Notes under the pieces: model-generated
Databases searched by the model: none
What the model was told of the DNA's origin: nothing
Seen by the model: only the letters and a program-made list of their open reading frames with translations
DNA from: Acidobacteriota bacterium
GTDB taxonomy: Bacteria; Acidobacteriota; Vicinamibacteria; Vicinamibacterales; CAVVIG01
Length of the DNA: 64,000 nt
NCBI GenBank assembly: GCA_018268955.1
Contig: JAFDVO010000035.1
Coordinates: 27,427-91,426 of the forward strand
Direction: 5' to 3'
Made by a program: the position numbers and the translations under genes
Part shown: positions 20,427 through 28,736 of the stretch, piece after piece
How the letters are laid out: each line of letters opens with the position of its first letter
Numbering within the stretch: position 1 is the stretch's first letter

Positions 20427-21995
20427 ATGCAGACGCTGTTCGCGCTCGCAGTGCAGTTTCTGGACCCTGTGCCGATGTTCCACGGTCGCGGGGATGGTGG
20501 TGTCCCGGAGTGGCCACCGTCTCCATTTCGGTTGTTTCAGGCCCTCGTTGCCGCAGCCGCGAGACGGGATCCGTCACTCGCGGACGAGGAACGTCGTGCC
20601 TTGGAATGGCTGGAGTTGCAGCCACCGCCACGCATCGTGGTGCCAGCAGCAGTGACGGGAACACCAGTGCGGATCGCGGTGCCCAACAACGACCTCGATA
20701 CGTTGGCGAAGTCATGGGCGCGCGGTCAGGAGGCACGTAAACAGCCGAGCGAACTCCGGACACTCAAGACGATTCGGCCCACTTACCTGAGAAGCGGAGA
20801 CACGATCTTTTTCGAATGGTCCGGGGACGACAGTACTGACAGCGAACATCGGGAGACGCTGGCCGGCATCGCTGCGCGGGTGGCATCCCTTGGCTGGGGC
20901 GTGGACTTGGTGAGTGCGCGCGTGCAGCGGGGCAGCGCTGCCAGAAACGAGCGCCAAGAGGAATGGCTGCCACTGGGCGACAATGGGCGACGTCTCCGGG
21001 TGCCCACCGCAGGGTCCGTGAACGAATTGGTACAACGCCACCGCCAATTCACGACGCGCGTCGGAGACGATGGCTTCAGCCCGCCTGGCGCACCGTCTCA
21101 GTTCAGGGCCGTGGCGTATCGTCGAGCAGGCGCGCCAGTCGCCCAGCCGTGCGCGGCGTTCGCCTTGCTCGCGCCGGATTCCGGCCGGACGGTGTCTTTC
21201 GATGCTGCCCGGAGAAACCTGACGACAGCTGGAATGGTCAGGCATGCGGTCGCACGGGCGGCTCGTGCGTCCGGGTGGATTGAATCGCGGGTGAATGAGA
21301 CGATCCTCGGTCACGCTGAGGCTGCTGGCGAGAAGCATAGACCAGTGGCTGGTGTCAGGTTCGCCTACTTACCGATCCCGACGCTGGCGCGCCACAGTAG
21401 CGGCGACCGATCGGTGGGGCGAATCCGGCGTGTTCTCGTGACGTCGTTTTCAGAAAGCGCTGCCGAAGAGCTGCAGTGGGTGCAGCGCGCCCTCCCTGGC
21501 GCCGGGCTGCAGTCGGAGGCCGGCCGTCTCGAAGCGTTGCTCTCGCCGATCGCGGAGGTGGACACCGGAGTCGCCCCGTACCGTCAATCGGCGGCGGTGT
21601 GGACATCGGTAACGCCGGTCATCCTGCCGGGCTTCGACGACCCGGCCCACTATCGCCGCCGGATCGCTGCCGGCGTCTCTGCTGAGGAGCAGCGGCGACT
21701 TTTCTCGAAGCTCGGTTCACGTATTGAGCTTCTGCTGCGCAAGGCCATCGCTCAGGCAGGCATTCCGAGCACGCTTGCGGAACAAGCCGAAATCGAATGG
21801 CGGCGCAGCGGCTTTTTGGCCGGGGTCGAGTCGGTGTCAGCGTATGGGGTGCCCGACCACCTCAGAGCGTTTTCGCGTGTCCACGTTCGGATCACATGGA
21901 AGACGGCAGACGGCTCGCCCATGCGGATCCCGGGGCCGATCTGCATCGGCGCCGGCCGGTTCTACGGCCTCGGTTTGCTCGTGGGCGACGAATAG
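20427..21995 (+). CDS. Csb2 (Cas5-Cas6 fusion, subtype I-U/I-G)
   Basis: 522 aa from the ATG at 20427 (RBS GAGGTAGG). Hallmark EWPPSPFRLFQALVAAA near the N-terminus. Confidence 0.75.
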   Translation: MQTLFALAVQFLDPVPMFHGRGDGGVPEWPPSPFRLFQALVAAAARRDPSLADEERRALEWLELQPPPRIVVPAAVTGTPVRIAVPNNDLDTLAKSWARGQEARKQPSELRTLKTIRPTYLRSGDTIFFEWSGDDSTDSEHRETLAGIAARVASLGWGVDLVSARVQRGSAARNERQEEWLPLGDNGRRLRVPTAGSVNELVQRHRQFTTRVGDDGFSPPGAPSQFRAVAYRRAGAPVAQPCAAFALLAPDSGRTVSFDAARRNLTTAGMVRHAVARAARASGWIESRVNETILGHAEAAGEKHRPVAGVRFAYLPIPTLARHSSGDRSVGRIRRVLVTSFSESAAEELQWVQRALPGAGLQSEAGRLEALLSPIAEVDTGVAPYRQSAAVWTSVTPVILPGFDDPAHYRRRIAAGVSAEEQRRLFSKLGSRIELLLRKAIAQAGIPSTLAEQAEIEWRRSGFLAGVESVSAYGVPDHLRAFSRVHVRITWKTADGSPMRIPGPICIGAGRFYGLGLLVGDE

Positions 21996-22058
21996 AGCGA
22001 GCACAGTACAGCGTGTACCGCCAACACCGGCGACTTCGGCATGCCTCCCGTCAGGCGA

Positions 22059-22640
22059 TCACGCTTGAAAACATTCTTTCACCATCAAACTCCAGCCCGG
22101 CATAAGCGGCGTGGTCAGGGCGTCGCCACCCGCCGCTGTCAGCCGGGCCGCTTCGCGGTAGATCCCGTTCTCCAGCCGCAGCACGACGACTGTCTGAGTA
22201 TCCGGATCCACCAGCCAGTACTCATCGACGCCAAATCGTTCGTACAGGCGCCGCTTCAGCGTCTCGTCCCGGCGCTTCGTGCTCGGTGACGCGACCTCCA
22301 TGACGAGGTTGGGAGCACCCTTCACCCAGTCCGACGGCTCGAATGTTCGCTCACGTTCGCGGGAGAAGTAGAGCAGGTCCGGCTCCACCACGTCGTGCGG
22401 CGACAGGATGACATCCATCGCCAGGAACATCACGGTGCCGATCCGGTGCGTGCGAAGGTATGAGTGAATCGCAACGCCAACGTTCGTGACGATCGCCTGG
22501 TGCTTCCACACGGGCGACGGCGTCACGAAGTGCTCCCCGTCGATGATCTCGTGCCTGAGCCCGTCCTCCGGGAGGAACCGTAAGTCGTCCCATGACAGCC
22601 TGGCGCCCGACGCGTGCGGCATCCGGTCCCTCCCCAACAT
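22059..22640 (-). CDS. Uma2-family (DUF820) PD-(D/E)xK endonuclease
   Basis: 193 aa with HEIIDGEHFVTPSP, D...MEVASPSTKRRD...K...Y...GVDEYWLVDP, the canonical Uma2 pattern. Confidence 0.8.
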   Translation of the reverse strand: MLGRDRMPHASGARLSWDDLRFLPEDGLRHEIIDGEHFVTPSPVWKHQAIVTNVGVAIHSYLRTHRIGTVMFLAMDVILSPHDVVEPDLLYFSRERERTFEPSDWVKGAPNLVMEVASPSTKRRDETLKRRLYERFGVDEYWLVDPDTQTVVVLRLENGIYREAARLTAAGGDALTTPLMPGWSLMVKECFQA

Positions 22641-22834
22641 GCGCTCATTCTACCGTCGTCGCTGCGACGGTCATGCCCACGGCTGATGTTTGGAAAACGG
22701 CCGAAATGTGGGGTGCGACTCCGCTAGGTCTACGCCGCTGCCACACCACCGGCCGGGGCGCACGGCAAATCCTGCCATGTCAGACAGCTGCCGACAGGAG
22801 CGGCGACGCGTCGGCGCCGATACACCAAGGCGCG

Positions 22835-23152
22835 ATGCGCAAGACCTATCTGGTCACCTACGACATCTGTAACGACTATCGCCTCGCACGCGTGTACAAG
22901 ACGATGCGCGGCTTCGGGGAGCACTTGCAGTACTCGGTGTTCGAGTGCCAGATGAATGAGACCGACCTGGTGCGATGCCGCCACCTGCTCGGTCACATCA
23001 TCGATCACCGCGAAGACCAGGTGCTCTTCGTTGACCTGGGACCGACGGAAGGCCGTGGTGACCGTGTGATTACGGCATTGGGTCGTCCTTACACCTCCAT
23101 CGACGCGCCCTGCATCGTCGTGGACGGCGTCATCGTGGACGAGGAGGAGTAA
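22835..23152 (+). CDS. cas2: CRISPR-associated endoribonuclease Cas2
   Basis: 105 aa from the ATG at 22835: MRKTYLVTYDI...YSVFEC... Confidence 0.8.
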   Translation: MRKTYLVTYDICNDYRLARVYKTMRGFGEHLQYSVFECQMNETDLVRCRHLLGHIIDHREDQVLFVDLGPTEGRGDRVITALGRPYTSIDAPCIVVDGVIVDEEE

Positions 23153-24966
23153 TGGCAGAACCGGCTCCCGCACGGCTCCAACCGACGTTTCCCCGACCGA
23201 GGCCCGCATCCGCACACCTGAAGACCACGCTGCCAGACTACCTGCCGGCGCGGATGTTGAACGAGTACGTCTACTGCCCCCGGTTGTTCTTCTACGAATG
23301 GGTCGAAGGCGTCTTCGCGCACAGCTCGGACACCGTCAGTGGAAGCCTGCGCCACGAGGTGGTCGACGCGCGCACCGATGGACTGCCGGGCCCGGAAGAC
23401 GTGGAAGGGCTGACGCTGAAGGCGCGGGCCGTCACGCTCTCCAGTGAGATACACCGGTTGATCGCCAAGATGGACCTGGTGGAAGTAAGCGACGGCGCCG
23501 TCGCACCGATCGACTACAAGGTTGGCAGGCCGAAAGACGGCGCAAGCGGACCCGAAGCCTGGCCGGCCGACCGTGCGCAGTTGTGCGCGCAGGCACTGGT
23601 CCTTCGCGACAATGGCTACGAGTGCCGCGAGGCCATCGCTTACTACCACGCGACGAAGCAACGCGTCCGGGTCGCGATCGACGAACCGTTGGTGTCCGAA
23701 ACGGTTGCCGCGCTGGATGCTGCGCGGCGGCTTGCCGAGCACGGGCGCATTCCGGCGCCCCTTCAGGACAGCCCGAAGTGCCCGCGGTGTTCGCTCTCCG
23801 GCATCTGCCTTCCTGACGAAACGGCGGCAGCGCTCGCGTGGCAGGAGGAAGAGACGGGCGACCAGCTGCTGCTCTTCAGTGAGGAGTTCCTGCACGTACC
23901 GGGTCCGCTTGCCTCATCTCCTGAGCGGGACCTGCGCAGGCTGGTCCCGGCGCGGGATGATGAGCGGCCACTCTACGTGACCGGCTACGGACTCACAGTC
24001 GGCAAGTCGGGCGAGGTGCTCGAGGTCCGGGACAAGAAGCAGCTGATTCAGGAAGCCCGGATCAAGGACGTGTGCCAGCTGAACGTCTTCGGCACGGTGC
24101 ACGTCACGTCGGCGGTCATCGAGGCGCTGTGCTTTGCAGAGAAGCCGATCGCGCACTTCTCCATGGGCGGATGGTTCTACGGGCTCACGCAGGGGCTCGG
24201 ATTGAAGAACGTGTTCCTGCGGCGCTCGCAGTTCGAGCAGGCGGACGACGAGGCGTTCTGCATTCGGGCCGCTCGCGCGTTTATCACCAGCAAGATCAGG
24301 AACCAGCGCACGTTGCTGCTGCGGAATCACATCGAACCGCCACCCATCGCTCTCGCGCGGCTCAAGACGCTCGCCGCGTCGGCTGCAGAGTGCGACAGTC
24401 TCGAGTCGCTGCTCGGCGTCGAGGGCACGGCCGCCCGGGTGTACTTCGAGCATTTTCCCGGCATGCTGAAGGCGGAGAACTGCGACGGGTCCATGGCTTT
24501 CGACTTGGAGCACCGCAACCGTCGTCCTCCGCGGGACCCGGTGAATGCGATGCTGTCGCTCGCCTACGCGTTCCTGACGCGGGACCTGACGATCATCTGT
24601 CACGCGATCGGGTTCGACCCGTTCATGGGGTTCTACCACCAGCTTCGCTTCGGCCGTCCGGCGCTCGCCCTGGACCTGATGGAGGAATTCCGGCCGCTGA
24701 TCGCGGATTCCGCGGTCATCACGGCGATCAACACACGGATGGTCACGGCTGACTGCTTCGTACGGACGGGATCGGCCGTGTCGCTGGACAAGCGCGGACG
24801 AACCGGTCTGATTCGTGCCTATGAGCAGCGGATGGATGCGTTGGTGACGCATCCGCTCTTCGGCTATCGTGTGTCCTACCGCCGGATTCTCGAGATACAG
24901 GCCCGGATGCTGGCCCGCGTTGTGACCGGAGAGGTTCCGCGATATGCAGGGTTCGAGACGCGATGA
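23152..24966 (+). CDS. cas4-cas1: Cas4-Cas1 fusion protein
   Basis: 604 aa. The N-terminal Cas4 part has YCPRLFFYEW, a MDLVE...IDYKVG nuclease motif and a CPRCSLSGIC Fe-S cluster. The Cas1 body starts at RPLYVTGYGLTVGKSGE. TAATG overlap with cas2. Confidence 0.85.
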   Translation: MAEPAPARLQPTFPRPRPASAHLKTTLPDYLPARMLNEYVYCPRLFFYEWVEGVFAHSSDTVSGSLRHEVVDARTDGLPGPEDVEGLTLKARAVTLSSEIHRLIAKMDLVEVSDGAVAPIDYKVGRPKDGASGPEAWPADRAQLCAQALVLRDNGYECREAIAYYHATKQRVRVAIDEPLVSETVAALDAARRLAEHGRIPAPLQDSPKCPRCSLSGICLPDETAAALAWQEEETGDQLLLFSEEFLHVPGPLASSPERDLRRLVPARDDERPLYVTGYGLTVGKSGEVLEVRDKKQLIQEARIKDVCQLNVFGTVHVTSAVIEALCFAEKPIAHFSMGGWFYGLTQGLGLKNVFLRRSQFEQADDEAFCIRAARAFITSKIRNQRTLLLRNHIEPPPIALARLKTLAASAAECDSLESLLGVEGTAARVYFEHFPGMLKAENCDGSMAFDLEHRNRRPPRDPVNAMLSLAYAFLTRDLTIICHAIGFDPFMGFYHQLRFGRPALALDLMEEFRPLIADSAVITAINTRMVTADCFVRTGSAVSLDKRGRTGLIRAYEQRMDALVTHPLFGYRVSYRRILEIQARMLARVVTGEVPRYAGFETR

Positions 24967-25148
24967 GCCGCGCGAGCGGCGAGGTGGCGCGCCCGGCCGC
25001 ACCCCCGCTCGAAGGGCGCAAGTTGTTGATGGCTGAAGGTTTCCGTGGAGTGATGTTCGCCGGCGCATGGCCTGTTCGGGCTGCGCGTGGGGGGCGCTCG
25101 CGATTGCGCCCGGAAGCGATTGAGAACAGAATACTTGGCGGGCGCGCC
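24967..25148 (+). promoter_or_regulatory. putative CRISPR leader
   Basis: 182-bp non-coding gap between the cas4-cas1 stop and the first repeat. The degenerate repeat is at the opposite end of the array. Confidence 0.5.
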
Positions 25149-28100
25149 CTCTCCGCGGTTGAAGAACCGCGGCCTCATTGAAGCGAGAGCAGCGGGCCGA
25201 CGAGCGAGCCGAGCGCCGCCTCTCCGCGGTTGAAGAACCGCGGCCTCATTGAAGCAACTTCTCGCCGACCCACGGCAGATTCGATCCGAGCCTCTCCGCG
25301 GTTGAAGAACCGCGGCCTCATTGAAGCTCGTTGATCGTCTCGTTGCCGACGATGGGCTGCGGCTCTCCGCGGTTGAAGAACCGCGGCCTCATTGAAGCGC
25401 GCCCTACCAGCGCGGGATCATGGATGCGTTCCACCTCTCCGCGGTTGAAGAACCGCGGCCTCATTGAAGCGACCTGTGGGACCGCCTCGCGGAGAAGGAC
25501 CCGCGCCTCTCCGCGGTTGAAGAACCGCGGCCTCATTGAAGCACGTCAGCCGAATCAGCACGACCCGGCCCAAATTCGACTCTCCGCGGTTGAAGAACCG
25601 CGGCCTCATTGAAGCCCGTCCTGCACGCGGGCGCTCCCTGGCACCACGGCGCTCTCCGCGGTTGAAGAACCGCGGCCTCATTGAAGCTTCCTGGGGCTGG
25701 AGCGGACGACGGTCATTCCGCGGACTCTCCGCGGTTGAAGAACCGCGGCCTCATTGAAGCCGGTGACCGTGTCGCGTCGATTGGTCGTGGCCCGCTGCTC
25801 TCCGCGGTTGAAGAACCGCGGCCTCATTGAAGCCCGCTGGTCTCGTCGGCCCCAACGGCGCCGTGGACGAACTCTCCGCGGTTGAAGAACCGCGGCCTCA
25901 TTGAAGCAAGATGGTGGCGAGTGATGGCAGACTGAGCGGAGCCGCTCTCCGCGGTTGAAGAACCGCGGCCTCATTGAAGCCTGGCATTGGCCGCCCACTC
26001 ATGGCGGGCGACCGCCTCTCCGCGGTTGAAGAACCGCGGCCTCATTGAAGCTGGTACCAGGGGAACGTGACGGCGTGGAACCCGGCCTCTCCGCGGTTGA
26101 AGAACCGCGGCCTCATTGAAGCGAGCTGTTTGAGCTTTGCTACCGTGTCCATGTCCCCTCTCCGCGGTTGAAGAACCGCGGCCTCATTGAAGCGCGCGCG
26201 CGCTGGCACGGCACGGGCTGTACGCGGACTCTCCGCGGTTGAAGAACCGCGGCCTCATTGAAGCGAGTCGAGAAGTGCCCAGACTGCGGCACCCTCATCC
26301 TCTCCGCGGTTGAAGAACCGCGGCCTCATTGAAGCACCCGCATCGCCGACGCGCTCGAGCGGATCGCCGCCTCTCCGCGGTTGAAGAACCGCGGCCTCAT
26401 TGAAGCCGGCCCTCTCGGGGATGTACCGTGTCGCGCTGCAGCCTCTCCGCGGTTGAAGAACCGCGGCCTCATTGAAGCTGATCGAGCGTGCGGGCTTCCG
26501 CCACCTGCGGAGACCTCTCCGCGGTTGAAGAACCGCGGCCTCATTGAAGCGTCGAGCAGCTCGCGGCGCTCCCGTCGACCGTGACCTCTCCGCGGTTGAA
26601 GAACCGCGGCCTCATTGAAGCGCGTGCGGCCCGTGCCGCCCGCCGATACGCGCCCCGCACGGCCTCTCCGCGGTTGAAGAACCGCGGCCTCATTGAAGCC
26701 GAGGGTGTCGGGCGGCAGTGCCCGCGAACACCTACTCTCCGCGGTTGAAGAACCGCGGCCTCATTGAAGCGGCATGTAGCCGAGGACCGCCGCCACGTCG
26801 AACGGCCTCTCCGCGGTTGAAGAACCGCGGCCTCATTGAAGCGGCGGGCTCATGCGAATCATCAACGCGAGCCTCGGCACCTCTCCGCGGTTGAAGAACC
26901 GCGGCCTCATTGAAGCGCGGCACTCGGCACACCCGGTGCCACGAAGCCCGCCTCTCCGCGGTTGAAGAACCGCGGCCTCATTGAAGCAAGCTCACCACAC
27001 GGGAGTTCAGCGACTACATGGACTCTCCGCGGTTGAAGAACCGCGGCCTCATTGAAGCCGGCTCCGGGGCCATCGTCGTCCACACCGTCTGCCCTCTCCG
27101 CGGTTGAAGAACCGCGGCCTCATTGAAGCCGAGACAAGCGGCGATCTATCTGATGCGTTCAGCGACTCTCCGCGGTTGAAGAACCGCGGCCTCATTGAAG
27201 CCCGCTGGTCGGGGACCTCATGGTCGGCATGATGGACCTCTCCGCGGTTGAAGAACCGCGGCCTCATTGAAGCGCACGAGCGATGCGGGCGGTCACGACC
27301 GTCAACGGCTCTCCGCGGTTGAAGAACCGCGGCCTCATTGAAGCCTGCATCGTCATTACGCAACCATCGCTTTCCGGCGCCTCTCCGCGGTTGAAGAACC
27401 GCGGCCTCATTGAAGCGTCCAACCCGGACGCGTGGCGTTACTGTACGGCGTCTCTCCGCGGTTGAAGAACCGCGGCCTCATTGAAGCAGTTCGGCGCGGA
27501 TGGCCCGCTTGTCGCACTACGACTCTCCGCGGTTGAAGAACCGCGGCCTCATTGAAGCCCCAGAGACCCACCCTATGGATTCCCTGGGCCGCCCACTCTC
27601 CGCGGTTGAAGAACCGCGGCCTCATTGAAGCGGGAACTTCGGCGGCGTCCGCGGCGTGTTCCAGAAGCGCTCTCCGCGGTTGAAGAACCGCGGCCTCATT
27701 GAAGCCACAGCAACCGCTCGAACGTCGGCACCGGCGCGGCCTCTCCGCGGTTGAAGAGCCGCGGCCTCATTGAAGCGAGCACGCGGGCGCACTCATCAAT
27801 CGCATCCTCCTCTCTCCGCGGTTGAAGAACCGCGGCCTCATTGAAGCCCGACCGGCTGTTACGCGTCGGCGTCGGCGCCGACGACTCTCCGCGGTTGAAG
27901 AACCGCGGCCTCATTGAAGCGCTAGCCGCTCCATCAACGGCAGGACTTCGCGGCTCCTCTCCGCGGTTGAAGAACCGCGGCCTCATTGAAGCCAGAAGCC
28001 GCCGAAGATCGGCGTGCCGTCCTCGGTCCTCTCCGCGGTTGAAGAACCGCGGCCTCATTGAAGCAACGCGACGAGTTGGCCGACGGCGAGTTCGCTCAGG

Positions 28101-28209
28101 GTCTCTCCGCGGTTGAAGAACCGCGGCCTCATTGAAGCGCGGGTGCCATAGTGACTGCGATGCGATGGGTGTCCTCTGCGCGGTTGAAGAACCGCGGCAT
28201 CATCCGAGA
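25149..28209 (+). CRISPR. CRISPR array, 43 repeats (42 intact + 1 degenerate terminal), 42 spacers
   Basis: The 36-bp repeat is CTCTCCGCGGTTGAAGAACCGCGGCCTCATTGAAGC. I located every repeat start by hand from 25149 to 28174. Periods are 71-78 bp, giving spacers of 35-38 nt plus one of 42 nt. The repeat has an internal 8-bp stem CCGCGGTT/AACCGCGG with a GAAG loop and a 3' ATTGAAGC tail. Confidence 0.97.
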
Positions 28210-28277
28210 TCGTCCGGTTCATCGCGCCGACACGCTCGTCGACTCCGCGCGGAGCGCGGTTGGGCCGACCGGTGGGT

Positions 28278-28457
28278 CTACTTGACGCGCTCGGTCGAGG
28301 ATGACGGCGAAGACGTTGGCGTAGTCGGCGGCACGGCGGGCGAGTTGCTGGGCGGGAGTTTCCCGTCCGGATGCCGGAGCGCTTGGCGCAACGCGACTGT
28401 GGGCGGGACTCCCTGTCTCGCCAGGCGTTTCGCCAGTGCTTTCTGTTCCGGCGTCAT
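28278..28457 (-). CDS. 59-aa ORF with HTH-like N-terminus (possibly a decayed gene)
   Basis: ATG at 28457 lies 6 nt after GGAGG. It translates as MTPEQKALAKRLARQGVPPTVALRQALRH. The C-terminal half is low-complexity P/S/T, while the -1 frame looks better coded (LARRAADYANVFAVILD). It is below the 60-aa cut-off of the ORF track. Confidence 0.25.
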   Translation of the reverse strand: MTPEQKALAKRLARQGVPPTVALRQALRHPDGKLPPSNSPAVPPTTPTSSPSSSTERVK

Positions 28458-28736
28458 TGCTCGCCTCCGGGTTTACGGCTTGATGATCCCGGCCCGCACC
28501 TTTTGGTTGAAGGCTTCCAGGTCGCGGTCGATCATCGCGTCGATTTCGTCCGCCGTCGGCGCCGAGGCCCGCGGCGTGGGCGTGGGCGTCAGAGGCCCGG
28601 CCTTCGGCGTCGGCGCGGGCGAGTCGTTGGGCGAGCGTGACGTCGACATCGGTGAGATTGTAGCGCTCGTGCGGTCGACACTCGGTGTATAGCCGGAAGC
28701 GGCGCCGCCCACCGTGCTGAAGCGTCCCGTTAAGGA

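Noticed and set aside
25318-28058. Many 60-120-aa ORFs on both strands across 25.3-28.1 kb with recurring peptides (MRPRFFNRGE..., SPRLKNRGLIEA...).
   Set aside because: They are translations of the CRISPR repeat itself read in different frames. The periodicity equals the repeat-spacer period, so they are not genes.
28350-28362. GGGAAAC at the apparent frame switch of the 59-aa ORF, considered as a programmed -1 frameshift slippery site.
   Set aside because: In the ORF's zero frame the codons are GAC-GGG-AAA-CTC. The heptamer is therefore not in the X XXY YYZ register, and re-pairing after a -1 slip would mismatch. Decay or chance is more likely.
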